DNA of 64,000 bases from Tubiluchus corallicola (Eukaryota > Animalia > Priapulida). Below are positions 11,397-25,726 of this stretch, piece after piece. The notes below the pieces were generated by a model that worked only from the letters and a program-made list of their open reading frames with translations, was not told where the DNA came from and did not search any database. Made by a program: the position numbers and the translations under genes. Location of the stretch: positions 1 through 64,000 of the forward strand of contig JAQGDQ010000442.1 in assembly GCA_030141605.1 (NCBI GenBank). Direction: 5' to 3'. How positions within the stretch are numbered: the first letter of the stretch is position 1; every line of letters starts with the position of its first letter.

Positions 11397-11957
11397 ATCA
11401 GGAGCAACACGCGTTGGAACGTATAACATTATGTTGTAACAACTACTAAGATTTCCCGCATTGACTTAGTTCACGTGATTTCTTGCTCGATGGGTTTTAT
11501 GGCCGATTTACTTTTGTCTAAAATAAACCAGCAGACTACCTAATCTAAGGATTTTGCTCTCGTACTTTTCGATTCTGCACAACACGCATGGATCAGAAAT
11601 ATAACTTTAAATGCAAAACACAAACAAAAAGTATACATTCAAATATAAAAAAACATTTTTTATTTGAAATAATGTGGTAGAATTCTTTTGCTGACAGATT
11701 GGATTTGTAGAGAGCTTGAAGTATATTAGACTGAAGTTACATGCTGGCTCTCTCTGGTGGTTGAAAGAAATCTATGAAACTGTGTTGAACTGTGAAAGAC
11801 TTTATTTCTATTTAGACATTACACTATTAGTTACAAGAAAGACACATGGTGATCATTCAACAGCAGTGGTCAAGAAGAAAAGAAAAACAAATGGCCTTAC
11901 CAAAGCTACCCAAGTCACATGCACTCACTGAGCTTACCTCATTAGCAATCTACACTA

Positions 11958-12485
11958 CTGCATTCCCTCGCTACTTCGTGGTTCGTTTATCGCGTACTCT
12001 CTATTTCGCGGGTTTTCAAAAATATTAATGTAAAATATTCATCGCGGTATTTTCACGTTTCTCGGGTTTTTGCGGTACTCCGTCTAAAGTATTTTTGCAC
12101 ATGCATAGTATGTATTGTACAGTAATGTATAGATTTGATGAATTTTGCATTAAAAAAAATCACAAAATGTATAAAAATATATTAAAAATATTAATTCTAA
12201 CATTAAAAGAATATTATAAATCATAAAAAATTACCATTTACAGTAAATAGTGTATTTATTTCCACGGATGAATACGCACCAAAAATCTGGAGATCGTATG
12301 CTGCAGTTGGCCGCCATTACGGGATCAACGAATGTACGGTTCGTTATATCAAGAGTGTGGGGAGGGTTTATAAAGACAACATATTGTATAACTACTAAAA
12401 TAAGTATAGCGTCCCTACTTCGAGGAAATTCACTTATCGCGGGTGGTCCTGGAATGGAACACCCGCGATGAGTGAGGAAACACTG
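11958..12485. mobile_element. Tc1/mariner (pogo/Tigger-like) MITE, copy 1
   Basis: Termini CTGCATTCCCTCGC...GAGTGAGGAAACACTG; extensive identity to 46088-46680. Confidence 0.8.
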
Positions 12486-13474
12486 CACTATATATGGGAA
12501 GCCCAGAAGGTACAGGTGACAGAGCAGCATTGACCAAGGCCACAACCAGGATTAAACTGATGTCAGTTAAATAATAAATGATATTAAATGTACGTGGCAA
12601 GAACCTGTTGAGTTATTAGTGGTAGTGATTTAAATTAAGAATCACAAATGAAATGTGCGGCAACTCTTATACCACTTTTAACTTGATGAATTAGAATGCA
12701 GACAAATTAGATAATACATGCAACAAATAACATTCAAACTGCATAATAATTCATCAATAAAACTGCAGAACTCATAATGCAGAGCGAGTGCAGTACAGCA
12801 TCCAACACTGCAGGTTAAAATATACAGGTTTATAAAAACCACGAAATGAAATCCTAGCCAGCAGTTTTTGCAGTTAACACCTGTGATCCTAAAGCTCTGG
12901 TCGACTGTAATTGTTCTACACCTGCTGAGGGTCCTAGCTTGTACTGAGGTGCTTTTTGCGAATCTCCGAGAAGATTTCAGATGCAAGAGCAGAAACCATT
13001 CTCAGTTTCATATGGCAACCTTAGCAGATAACCCACCCACACACATTAACCCTTTAAATGACAGGAAACAATGTGCACTGTGCCATAAACGCAGAAACTT
13101 TACCATCATAGTCTTGGCATTATTTAAAGCATGATTATAATATGGGCTATAATTTGTTATCTATTTCTAACGAGTACAAAACTTTTTACACGAATGAAAA
13201 TTTTCTTTTTGAAGTTTTTTCTTGCCACATTAGATGTAAGAGGTAATGTTAGCAATGAACAAATTTCATTAAAGCTATACTGGCTCTAGAACGTAATTGT
13301 TTTGATTTTTTGACAGGAATGAGTTGTACACCATACTAACATATCTTACTCTCACTTAATTATATATATTCACATTGCTTGCTGATCTTGTTAATTAATA
13401 TTATTTTGCTTGTTGATCTGTTTGTTTATTTGATGTGACTGTACCACGAGTACGAATAAAACTGATATGATGTA

Positions 13475-13942
13475 CAGTAGTACCTCTGTTTTCGACCATA
13501 ATTCGTTCCTAAAAACCGTTTGAAAACCTATTTGGTTGGGAACAAAATCATTTATTCCCAAAAGAAATAATGTAAAAGCAAATAAAGCACCAAATGAACT
13601 GTAAAGTATTACTAAAACGAAATATAATAATGCAAAAATGTTTATACAAACAGTAGATATGATATAACTGATAAGAAAAACATAGTAGAATTACTTGGAA
13701 AGAAAAACATAATTGTTCCTGCATAAAAAAGCGTAAAAAAATAAGCGTAGAAAGCACTAAGCGATGTTAGGCAATTCAAATCTTGTGCGTGACTAATCTC
13801 GGGCATGGGTGATTACGCTCGGCTCGCCGCGCATGCGTTCATCACGTGTTTGGTCGAAAGCGGAGACAATTTCAGCTCGAATTTTCTGGTTGAAAACCGA
13901 TTTGTACGAGTACTGAGACGTTCGACAATGGAGGTATGACTG
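13475..13942. mobile_element. Tigger-like MITE
   Basis: TA-flanked TIRs CAGTAGTACCTC...GAGGTATGACTG. Confidence 0.75.
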
Positions 13943-13964
13943 TATTGAAATTCTGCACCACAAG

Positions 13965-14140
13965 AACCTGTTTAAATAAAAGAAATTTTCAGGCAAAATG
14001 TTTACTTTCGTAGTCAGTATTATGTAAACATCAATAAGATCTCCAAGGTGTCTTCTTAATTCAAGTGAGGTAAAATTGCAATACATCAATCATTCTAAAT
14101 ATGTGAGAGTTTTACAACCAAATGTTATTTCTGTAATGCA
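13965..14140 (-). mobile_element. CR1-type LINE ORF2 C-terminal fragment
   Basis: Peptide TSLELRRHLGDLIDVYIIL...ENFF matches the remembered CR1 motif LE.RR.RGDLI..YKI...FF. Confidence 0.7.
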
Positions 14141-14499
14141 CTGAAGGTAATTACGTTAATTTTACATTTTGCGCCTAAACAAAATTTGTGTCAAGAACTA
14201 TTATCGTCGTTTATTGTTAACATGATTTTGTTCTCTAATCCTGGCCGATAAATTGGAACTTTTTTCTTCTGTCCTTCAACAGCCAAGTTCATTTCACCAA
14301 GTTCCCACCTAAGAAAAGAGAAAACAAAACAAAATTAAAGAAACAAAAAACAAGTTTTTTATGAAGTTAGATTGTTTTAGGTTATTTAACGTTTAAAACA
14401 TGATTTTGAGCTTTTGAGACTTAAAAACAGTTTAAATTAACGAGATTCATGTTAACCTCTTCATTATATCGACTCATAACATTAATGATAATCAGTATT

Positions 14500-14835
14500 A
14501 TGTTGTATTTTATTGTATTAGTTTGTATTGTTTTATATTGCATTGTATTGCACTGTACTGTACTGTACTGTACTGTACTGTACTGTACTGTACTGTACTG
14601 TACTGTACTGTACTGTACTGTACTGTAATGTACTGTTCTGTAAGGTACCATACTACAATGTATTGCACTTTATTGAACTGCACTGTACTGTTATATAATT
14701 TAATGTACTGTAATACACTGTACTGTACTGCACCGTAAAATGCCGTGCCGTACCGTGCTGTAGTGTAATGTACTGAATTGCACTGTATTGTACTGTATTG
14801 CATTATATTACATTGCATTACATTTTGTTGCACTT
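14500..14835. repeat. (CTGTA)n pentanucleotide microsatellite
   Basis: Direct reading. Confidence 0.95.
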
Positions 14836-16099
14836 TATTTTACTTGAATCACATCAAGAAGAAAATGGCAATATGCGAAAAAATTGATACAGGTTTTCTA
14901 TGAAAAAAACTCGTGTTGTCTAAGTGCTTGAAGCAAAATAATGGAATAAGATCTAGTTGCATCTTTAATATTTTAGATTTGAGATATAAATAACTCTGTA
15001 TATATACTAAGTATACTAAGAGTTAGTCAACAGTTAACAATAGTTAACAAAGCATAAGGTGAGATAAATAGCCGAAGAGTGATGGCATGTGCTTACAACC
15101 AAAGTTAAGAATGTCACTGAGACTGGTTAATGAATTGGGTGGGTGATTGTCTAGGTTCGATATTTATTCTGTGAGGTTTCTTTTGCCAAACTGATTCTGG
15201 CTGTTTACCTTGAACACATGTTCACATCCAGACATGACTCAGACATTTGTCTCATTCACATAAATGAGACATGCATTTAACTCACTTAAGAGGCACAAAC
15301 CAGTTAATCATCTAGGCAGCGATCCTGCCTCAAATATCTACATTGAGTAGTAGGGATATGCCGTATCCAGATCCATCCCAGCTCTGGCAGAAATGTTCAT
15401 CGGTGTTTTGGCTGTTTGTATTTCTGTTTTTCTATGTGCAAAACTACTGATTACACTAATTATGAAAAAACAGTATAGGTAAGAAAAACAAAACAGGTTA
15501 ATTTACCTAAACTGTTTTGGTTGTTTTAAAGTTTCAGAAATTTATGAAAACATTGCTTAGTTTTTACGCCACTATGCTTGTAGCGCAAGCAATACCAGCA
15601 ATCTTCACCCTGTGGTAGCTTACAGCAAATAGCAGGCAAGGATAGCACTACTGCTGCAAAAATGTCTGCTAAAAATTTAGAGCCACGTACTTCCAGTAAA
15701 ACCATACTTTAGAGGTTAAACAACAAGCTGATAATGGACAGGCTACGCCACCACATGAATGAAAGGCTAAGCAAATGAAATAACTTTTACATTGATCTGT
15801 AGATCCGGGCCCAGATCCGGGTACATACAGATCCTCATCCAAACCAGAACCAACCAGCGTCCCTGTTGAGTAAACCTCTCCAATGAATCTTGGACTTTGA
15901 CTCACACGTGAGGACAAATTGTACATATAAGTGAAATCTTTAAGCATTTACCCCTGTTCCGTCTTATTTGCTTCAGTGTAAAGCAAGCCTCTGTTTCTTT
16001 TACCAGCGACAGGTAGCAGCATCTGTTAAAATAAACGAGCATGTGTAAAAGATGTTTTCAAATGGATAGTGCATTAAATCACTCATTTTATATTGTTGT

Positions 16100-16550
16100 T
16101 TGTTCATTAATTTATTAATTCAAGCATTCATTCAGGCATTCATTCATTCACTCGTTCATTCATTCATTCATTTGTTTGCTTATTTATTAAGTCATTTACT
16201 CATTCATTAACACATTTATTCATTCACTCATTCATTTGTTCATTCATTTACTGATTCATTTATTGCACAATTTTCACAGTCATTCTTTCATTCATTTATT
16301 AAGTCATTCACTCATTCATTTGTCCATTCACTCATTGATTCACTTATTCATTCATTCATTCATTCATTCAATGATTCAGTGGCTCATACATTCATTCACT
16401 CATTCATTTGTCCATTCACTCATTGATTCACTTATTCATTCATTCATTCAATGATTCGGTGGTTCATACATTCATTCGTTTATTAACTCATTCATTCATT
16501 CATTCATTCACTTACTTATTCATTCATTCATTCTTTTGTTCATTCATTCA
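16100..16550. repeat. (TTCA)n degenerate microsatellite
   Basis: Direct reading. Confidence 0.9.
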
Positions 16551-17094
16551 AACATTCTGAAGGTAATACATAAGTGCTCTTAAGTTTTCTAAATCACACA
16601 TGTGAAATCCACCAATTTATGAACAGTGCATATAAAAAGGGGCACCGCGCAGTGAAAGGGAAATGACATTTGCAGTACTTAGTCTATGAAAATATTTTGG
16701 GCAGGATGCTATTACAGAACCAGAAGTCCAGTAAGTAGAGAGAAAAATTGCCTCATCATACTTTCATAGACATGCTTTAAAGGAAAAGCCAAACCTTCTG
16801 GGAAGTTTGCTTTATTTTAAAGTTTGCAAAAAGTGAAATGCTAGAAGAATTTAGAAATAAAAAGGCGATAAGCGCCTTGCATAATTAGTAAAATTGCTTT
16901 AATTTTATAATCATTTCGTGCCATTTCTTCCACCAATACCATCGTTCATCAGCTGAAGAAAAGCAGTGCACTGTCAATTTCCGTCAAAGTATAATAATTT
17001 TTACAAAAAATTAGACAGTCAATTTTGTGATATTTTTGCAGGAACATTAGTCAAGCTGCAGAAGTTTGAATTAGTTTAAACAGCATGTGCTTAC

Positions 17095-17325
17095 AGAAAG
17101 CCATGATGCACTCGTCAAAAGTCACAACGTCCACCAGCTAGGTCATAATTTTCAAGTGATTGGCAGCTACTAGAAAGCCATGACGCACCCATCAAAAGTC
17201 ACAGCGTCCACCAGCTATGTCATAATTTTCAAGTGAATGGCAGCTACTAGAAAGCCATGACGCACTCATCAAAAGTCACAGCGTCCACCAGCTATGTCAT
17301 AATTTTCAAGTGAATGGCAGTTACT
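17095..17325. repeat. 77-bp tandem repeat, 3 copies
   Basis: AGAAAGCCATGA recurs at 17095, 17172 and 17249. Confidence 0.9.
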
Positions 17326-20178
17326 ACCACACCTGAAAACTTCTATACCGAGGTAGCATAAATGAACTATATGCTTTATGGACAATTTTTCGCAAATTTC
17401 TATGTTACAGTTTTTAAGTTTAAGTGATAACCTAAAATAAACAAAAGAATCTAAGTGACTTGTCCTCTCCTTTAATTTGAAATGTTGAACAAGTTTACGT
17501 AATCGAATGCAACCAAAACGAGACAGCTGCATTTTACCTACGACCAGCTATCACAGCTGCATTTTAGCTACGACCAGCTATCAGAATTCTCTTAAATTTC
17601 ACCTTCAATTTATTTTGCAAATGACTAATAACATTCAAAGAAAAAAATCTTCGAAAGAGTGGTGTTTAGAGAGGTATTAGAGCAACTCCATCCCTTATAC
17701 TTTATCTTTTATACTTTTCTCTTATACTAATGACAAAAATCTGTTGCACATCCTTACAGCCACTGAGATCCATTCCACACTTAGTTTCTGAAAAGCAAAT
17801 TAAAGTTACCTTTGCCTCCGTAGGACTGGTCTTATTGTTTTCTGTATCGGTCATATCAATCCATTTTATGGTAATAGGTGCTCCGCCCAACTGCTGCACT
17901 CCAACGTCACTGTTACGAAGAATTTCGACAGATTTCAGGTAAAGTAGATTCTTCTTCAAATTCACTATCCATGAAATATAAAATAAATTATAACATGATC
18001 AAGCGCGGATACAGGTTTTAGAACAATGGTGGGCCTAACAGAAAAGCAGTTAGAGGGTCTGGGGTGGTGTAAGCTCCCCTGTGGTCCACCCAGACAACAA
18101 TAGATTTTACTGCATTTCAGACCAATTTCCTGCCTTCTGGAAACCATCTCGAAGAAGCTCACTAGTTTAGAAAAGGTGTCACTTCACCTTTGACTCAAAA
18201 TTACATACCAATATATTGGTATACACTATACAGCACGTTGTACATAACTTTCATCTGTTTTCTTGTGATATATGATTTTTGCAGATATAAGGCACCTTTA
18301 CGATTTAGCAAAATCGTTCTAATGCTTTTAATTCAGACAAAATATTAATTTGGTGTGTTGTAACAGTTACTGTGCAAGGGAGGGCCCAGGCCCTTGGGCC
18401 CTCAACCTAAATCTGCCACTGATGATGCAAGAAAGTGCATATTGTGCAGTGTAAGTATTAAATAAACAAAGTTTTGATGGATTAACAGTAATATACTGTA
18501 TGTGTTTGTTATATGTTTAAACTAGTGCAAATGCAACAAAGTTTACACATCAAAGTCTGATGTCCTGTCTAAATTGTTGCATTTAACTTGCATTATTGTG
18601 TTGTTACTGATATAGTATATGTTTTAATGTTAGATATGTGTTTGTATATATATTTATATTTTTGTTTGTATTGTATACATAAGTTTATAATATATTAATG
18701 TATATATTGTAAATTGTATACATGTGCAGTGCAAGCGGTGAATGGTAAATAAATATAAAAAAAGCTGCTGACTCTCCAAAAACAAAATGTTAAGTGTAAT
18801 GATGTAATCTTTATATAGTTGTCTTGAAGCACGCATGCGCATTAGAGAATAAAGGATTGTCTTGTCACCTGCCATTACGCTTTGTTTAGATTTCTGTTTA
18901 TCCAATTTGCGACGTTAATGAATAGATTTAACGCTTATTAAACACCATAGGGAAATATATTACATATTTATTACATTACTTATTACTGATTAGGCTTAGT
19001 ATTTTTACGATATTGATCAACGCTGGATCACCTTGAATTCTCCACTTCAAAAATGACGACGTCCCCAGTAAAACAAAGGCACCACCAAATGCAATCTTTG
19101 CAAGGTTTAACGTTAAAGGAGAATACATAGCATAACACAATGCGGTGACTTATCGACGGCAGCTACTGCTGCAGAATGAAAATGTAACGAATTTTTACAA
19201 TTTTTGAGAAATGAAAACGTGGACGCGGCCATGTTAGAAGTCGTAAATGCTAGCGTTCGTCAGCTATAAGCTACGTGCCGTCTTCAAACGTTTAGCCAGG
19301 AAAGAGCAAATGGGCTCATCCACGACGACACCACTCTTTCCTGATGAAAGCTACTGTGTGTCGTATATCTATGGTGTGACTGCGGGCCTGAACATTATTA
19401 TGGGATAGACAATAGACATGCAGGTTGATATGTAACGTACAGCCATTTTCTAGGATTGCAGAAAAACTAGTAATATACTAATAGTACAGAAAAATATTGA
19501 TACAATTTTCCCAGTCTTAATCAGTCTCAATTATTTTTCTTGTTCGTCTCTCTCGTTCTTTCTCCTCTTCAATCTCTTTCCTTTTGTTTTCAGTTCACAT
19601 TTTCCTTACCCTTTGGCACGGAGGTCAACTTTTCTATCATGTGGCAAATGCGTACAAAAATTAAAGAAGATGCAAGAAAATCAAGATACCATCTAACACT
19701 AGCAAATTAAGTAATTACACAAATTCTTTTTTGCTGGATATATTCATATCTTCGCCTCAAATTTGCCTGCTTTCTGTAGCCTCATTACATTCAGTGGCTA
19801 ACTAACCATAATTATATTGACCTTATTTAGGTGAATTGTATAAAAAATTATATTTTCCGTTTTTCTTTCATTTTTTTCATTCTTACTATTCTATTTTTCT
19901 TAGTTTTTCTCCACACTAATTTTTCATTTCTTTTTTACGGCCGCTGTGGTTAGACAATAAAACTGAATTGACAGTTTGTTTCACCCATTTCTTTTGTTTA
20001 TAGTTTTCCTGTCTGTTCGTGTTGGGTATTTTGTTAACTGTTGCACATACAGGCTGCACAATGAAATTGCAAACAACAGCAATTGCGAAGAATAAAAATT
20101 GGTATCAAAACTTACTACGTTTCGCCAGTTTTTAGAAAAATTGCTCACAGAAATACAATTCAATACTATACAGCTTAA

Positions 20179-20722
20179 AGGAAAACCGGACGATCGTGTA
20201 AACATTAGTTCAGAATAAAGAATGCTCTAAAATATTGAAAACTACAAAAAACGTTTTTTTAACCAAAGCTTAGGTTAAAGAATAATTACCTCGGATAGTC
20301 AAATTTCGTTGAACTTTCAAAACTATGTGCGGCTCATGAATATACTTTGTCACAAATGGTGACAAATGTGTTGCACGTGGCCAACAAATAGATGGCAATA
20401 GAAGGCATTGATAACCATGATTATCAACTGCAGTGTTAGTTTCTAACGTCACATGAAGTAGAGCCCATTTTCGTGACATCACGAGTTTCAGCAGTAACAC
20501 TTACGCAAACGTGCTTGACGTGCAAGGGAAGATGCCTGCCATTGCACAAACTGTCATTAGCTTCTGACGTAAGCAATAGCTGTGTTCGGTTGCCATTATT
20601 TAACCTTCTAAGCTAATGATTCAAATATTATAAACAATTGCTAAGTTTTATAGGCAAGAAAATGTATATTTTTGACAGTAAATTAAAATGAGATTGAGTC
20701 TAAATAATCGTCCAATTTTACT
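20179..20722. mobile_element. Kolobok-like non-autonomous element, family B copy 1
   Basis: TTAA on both sides; imperfect TIR AGGAAAACCGGACGAT/ATCGTCCAATTTTACT; homologous to 40411-40964. Confidence 0.7.
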
Positions 20723-21142
20723 TTAACAGTCTATCACAGTGAAAAGAAGTTGTGTTGAATATTAATTACTCACAGTGGCAGTCGAAGCGTGATTTAAGGC
20801 AACTAATATAATTATAGTAAATGCAGCAGCAGGTATTGTCACAATACATAAAGCTTTTGATAATAAAAGTTACAGTCTATGGGAATGATAGATAAATAAA
20901 TAAATAGCTTAATAAACTGACACTTTAAATGCAAGTTACTTGCGATAGCTTTCTGCTCTGAAATATCTATGGTCGTGCAAATCAACGTCCGTTATAATTA
21001 AATTTTATAAGCATCTGCTACACTGATCTTGTCGTCTGATATGTAGCGACACTGTGACATCTGTGACACTTGATGAAACCAGTCTTCATAATGTTATCAT
21101 AAAGATTTAACATGATAATTTTTCAAATGCCCATAGTTCAGG

Positions 21143-22255
21143 CTAGCTGTCCGTCTCGGCGTATTTATAATCATACAAATCAAAGTCCACTTTAAACATT
21201 TCATATACTTTCTCTACTCTCCTCCTAGATACATTCTTGTAATAATGCTCAAAGTTCTTCTTGCGCTTTGAAGACTCGTAGCGTTTGGGGAATCTATCCA
21301 ACTCTGTAAACTTCAATTTTTCTTTCAGATGTTCGACATCTTTGTTCATATTTTCGTACTTGCCGACAAAGTCGTACATAATCCGGCAAGGGTTGCACAG
21401 TTTCTCATACAGTTGCCAGTGTTCATTGTACTTGCCCATGAGCACATACTGCAAAAACTCCTCAAAAGTCGGATTTTCGACATTGTTTGTGTATCTCACT
21501 TTTCTCACGTTTTCGATGATCCAACGCCGCACGCTGTTAAAATGTACATCACCAATCACAAACTTGTCATGATACGCTGAGAAAAGTCTATCAAACGGGT
21601 GCCGAACAAACATGAACTTGTAGTAAGTACCGATGATCTCTTGACGCTTTTCTTTCGAATATCCTGAGAGCAAGTTCGGTTTATAATTCTTATTTACGTG
21701 TACATCAATTTGCTTAATATGTAGGACATCATCTGTTCCATTGTGGTCGGTCATAAAGAAAATTCTCTTCCAATTCGTACAGGCGATTTTAGGAATCCAA
21801 CAGAAGAGCAATTTGTACTTTTCCACAACTATCAAATGCCTGAGTTGGTCTTGAATAATTCCAGGCAATTTTCCTTGGGGATATTTGTCGTGACAGATGT
21901 CACGAATTCTCTTCACTCTTAAATCGTACTCACTTAGGTTACTTTCTAGTCTAGATTCATCGAGATAGTCAGAACACCGTGATTTGTTAGTGAAACCTTC
22001 ACTGCTGCAGTTATTCTCTAAATCAGCTTTTTGCTCTTCTGAGACATAATTTTTCCAGTTTGTCTCCTCTTCCATGTGGTTGGAGCTGTCGTACCTGCTT
22101 CTGGAAGATCTGCCCAACTTGCTGGAAACTTCAGTAATATGATTTGGCAATATTGTTCCTTTTGGAAATGTCAGCAATATTGTTAACAGCAAAACAAACG
22201 ACAACAGTACTGTTAATACCAGCCGTCCTTTTAACATCTTGTGTCTGTAAATCAT
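21143..22255 (-). CDS. Golgi carbohydrate sulfotransferase, Sulfotransfer_2 family (HNK-1ST/CHST8-14, CHST11-like), 370 aa, single coding exon
   Basis: N-terminal type II TM helix; 5'-PAPS motif CWIPKIACTNWK; 3'-PAPS motif FVRHPFDRLFSAY; HW...LCNPC..YDFVGKYE; C-terminal DFDLYDY. A splice acceptor (TTTTCGTTTTTCAG, intron end 22260) 4 nt before the ATG implies an upstream 5' UTR exon. Confidence 0.95.
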   Translation of the reverse strand: MIYRHKMLKGRLVLTVLLSFVLLLTILLTFPKGTILPNHITEVSSKLGRSSRSRYDSSNHMEEETNWKNYVSEEQKADLENNCSSEGFTNKSRCSDYLDESRLESNLSEYDLRVKRIRDICHDKYPQGKLPGIIQDQLRHLIVVEKYKLLFCWIPKIACTNWKRIFFMTDHNGTDDVLHIKQIDVHVNKNYKPNLLSGYSKEKRQEIIGTYYKFMFVRHPFDRLFSAYHDKFVIGDVHFNSVRRWIIENVRKVRYTNNVENPTFEEFLQYVLMGKYNEHWQLYEKLCNPCRIMYDFVGKYENMNKDVEHLKEKLKFTELDRFPKRYESSKRKKNFEHYYKNVSRRRVEKVYEMFKVDFDLYDYKYAETDS

Positions 22256-22559
22256 TGCACTGAAAAACGAAAATGGTTTTTGTTATGTGTCTGGCAATTG
22301 ATCTGAGTCATACAGAATAAAGGCTACAATATGACCAATGTATAAAGTCGAATTCCAGTATAGCCTGCCGACCTTTTAATCCTGCAGTGTGACTATCCTT
22401 CCCTTAAAGTTGTTCATTATTGTAACTAATTGCTTAACTAATGAAATTCTCTTAACTAGAAATGTTATACTAATTAATAATGAATTGTTTATGAAATAAT
22501 TGCATATACCTCTCGTAACACACCATCAAACACACAAAATAGAACACTAGAATAACACC

Positions 22560-23235
22560 ATGACAATTAAATTCAATTCAATTTCAATTCAATTTTAATT
22601 TATTTATCTCTTTATAATGCTACAATAAAACATGATTAATAAAAGAATCTCTAATAAGTTTTGAAGAATGATTAAAATGTATAGATAGATCTAAAACTAG
22701 AGAAAGGATAGCGAAAAGACTATAAAGTCACCTAGTCTGTTGTCGAAGTTTTATTGCCAGCAGTTATGACAAAAAGGAAGAAAATACACAAAAATTATAT
22801 ATATATAAACAACAGCACTCATAAACTAGGCCGAGGAGTACCTGTGTCAAAAATCAAGGCTGTAGTGAGAGCTTTTATATTGACAGTTAAGGTCAGCTGG
22901 TTTCTCACACCATCGTATAAGCCCAAACAGGACGTCTGGATCTACCAAAAAGGGACAAGTTGCTGTTAACCTGGAAGCAGGGCTTGTAGAGAGCCCTATC
23001 CCCACAACATGTGCTTCGGAAACAATATTATTTTTAACTCTTCCAGAATTGCACCATTCAAAATATGTCTTATAAAAACTTATAAAACAAAATAGGTCTT
23101 CTGCTACTGAAGGTATGGGTACAGGCATAGCTAAATGATTACAAATTAGGAACTGTTCTATTCAGGGATATCTCGACTATCCAAGCATGGTATTTGTTTA
23201 AACATTTATAAGTGACTTATTTGGATAAGACTGGG
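22560..23235 (-). mobile_element. Non-LTR retroelement 3' fragment(s) (L2/CR1-like)
   Basis: (ATTCA)n tail next to TTTATT at about 22570-22606, a hairpin-type UTR motif, and a decayed coding remnant at 23000-23230. Confidence 0.5.
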
Positions 23236-23239
23236 AAAA

Positions 23240-23780
23240 ACACGCCCTTTTCAGGCACTCCAACTTAACCTATTGAGTAGCTTAGTCTGGTGTACACTTG
23301 CGCGATCGTACACACTATTTTATTGATCGCCTGCCTGCTGCAGCCCAAGTCAGCTGCTATTCCAGGAAAAAAATCAATCGCATAGCTAAGAACAAATTAA
23401 GGTCGTCTCATCTTTGCCAACAATTTCTCTTTAAAAATGAAGGAGACTTGAGGTTAAAACGTTTGTCAGAGTGTTGTGTCTGAATAGTTGAAATTTTCTG
23501 CATTAGCCGATCTGATCCAAGTAACACTGTACATTGCTATGGTGCAAACACGGTAGCTGCTGAATTATTTCGTTTTTTGTCAAAAATCAATTTTTAATTT
23601 GTGTAGGAAAGCAAATGCATTTAATATATATTTTTACATGAAAGTTCGCTGCCTAGAAAGTAGAAACCTACAAAAAATATGCAATAATAACGTAATCATT
23701 GCTTAGTGAGAACAGTTTTTTTTAACCTATGCTTACGGGTTTCAGAACCCTTACAAGTCCTGAAAAAGGTAAAATAATAG
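23240..23780. mobile_element. Interspersed DNA repeat (piggyBac-like end), also at about 52510-52982 and inverted at about 60000-60250
   Basis: Shared block GGCACTCCAACTTA.CCTAT.GAGTAGCTTAGTCTGGTGTACACTTGC; the 52.5-kb copy ends in GAAGGAGTTAA. Confidence 0.65.
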
Positions 23781-25726
23781 TTTCACTCAAACAAGTTATT
23801 GAGAAAGTCTTTTTAATGTTGTTCCTTTTTTAATTATTATCAACAATGTTTAATCTGTGTTTGATCTGAACATCTCAGTTCTGTCACATTTTCTGAAAAA
23901 ACGACTTGAATTATATTAAAGGAATCTCAACATTTATTAAATATTCTGAGGAAAAAGTTTAGGTAATAGGCAGATTTTAGCCTTTGTTTTGGAAGTAAGA
24001 AATAAAAGGAAGTTGTTTTAGTTCAATTTATATAATTTCTTTTGTGGTTTTTATTTCCTGTAGCTCTGTGGCCGTGTTTTATAATGTGCTCCATTTTTGT
24101 GTTTTTATTAGCTAAAACAGCTAATGAAATAGTTATAAAATAAAACAACTAATATTTTGCATTTGCTTGTGATTTTTTTTCTTTTTAACAGATGAAGACA
24201 GTGCACAGCGGTGACCTTTTCTTTTTAATGCATTAAATTGCACTAATAATCCTTGCTACTAAACTTATTTAAGTTTTACAACGTAGTATGCTTTATGCAA
24301 AGCTTTTACAAAGTAAAAAAAAACAGATGAATTTGCATTCCTTAAACGAATTCACGCCTGCATATAAAAACTACAAAATGCCTAAAACAGCATCAAACGT
24401 ACCTACCTGACTTGCCCTCTTTCAGCATTACACGTAAATATTGATCACTGTAATTCCCTCTCTTACAATGCTCAAACAGAGCTTGAAAATGTTACCATGG
24501 AGCAGGTACCTATTCATCATTAAAATTTTATCTTACTTTGAATACATATAGTTCCCTGCGTTATTAATTGCGTGTATGTTAACTGCAATTATCACTAGCA
24601 CTTTGGTGAGTATTACAAAATGACTTTAGCTTCCACATCGTTACAGTCCGTAGTCCATTTAGTGTCATGTTGACATTCTACGTTTTGCACACAAACGATG
24701 TTCCATTCCTTGTACATTGTGGTCCAGTAAATAGGCCTACAGGGTGGGTGGTTGCACTTTGCACCGCTACCTTAGAAAGAAAATGAATCTTTATTTAAAC
24801 GGAAGTGGTACTGACAAGCCACTGGCGTAGCTGTGTCTAGTTTTTTTTGTTGGATTACTGCTGCGTTTACCTGTCTGAAGGCAGATTTCTTTTATTTTAA
24901 AAATGTCTACAACAGACGTGACGGGCGATATATATATATATGAATCATTATTGAACTTGAAACGAGTTAAGTGCTGTTAGCGCCAGTTTCACGGATGAAA
25001 GTACTGTTCCCTGGTTTGATAAGGTGATTACATGTAAGTAATAAATTGCATGCGTAGCCCTTACCTATAAGATTCCCAGTTTATTCAAGTTAGAGCAAAT
25101 AATGCATGGAAGAATCAATGAAATGCAACTGATTGGTGAGTAGTTTAATTGCCTATCACATTCAGCACCAACGATAATTTCCTAAACATATAATCAAACA
25201 ATAACCAATAATTATCGATTACATGTCGATGAATAGCAGCAATTTCATAGAGAAAGGGGCATAATTGATAGAGGTATTAGCTATAATGAGTATCTATAGA
25301 AAACCCAGCCTACGACTGCTCACTAATTATTGGTAATTTTTTTGTTTAAAAACTTGGTATGTCAACAAGAAATATTTTAATGTTCGAGAGATGAAGAACC
25401 TTTTGTAGATAGATAGATAGATAGATAGATATTTTATTTCTGAAAATCAAATTTCCAACAAGAAATTACAAACTCGACGCATACCCGATGGTTTTATCAG
25501 TGGGCAGAGCTCGGGTAATGATTTCCAGATCATACTAACAATTTGACTCAACATAGCTGCACAAGGTATATACACAGATATACAAATTTAGTTGTAAACT
25601 CTATGAAGCGAAAAAACTATTTACTAAGCATTTGTACACATGTGATAAACAAATATTTTACCTATATGATAATCACAGTGATGCGGTTATATGTCCTCAA
25701 CTAACATCTGGTGTTGATTAATGCAG

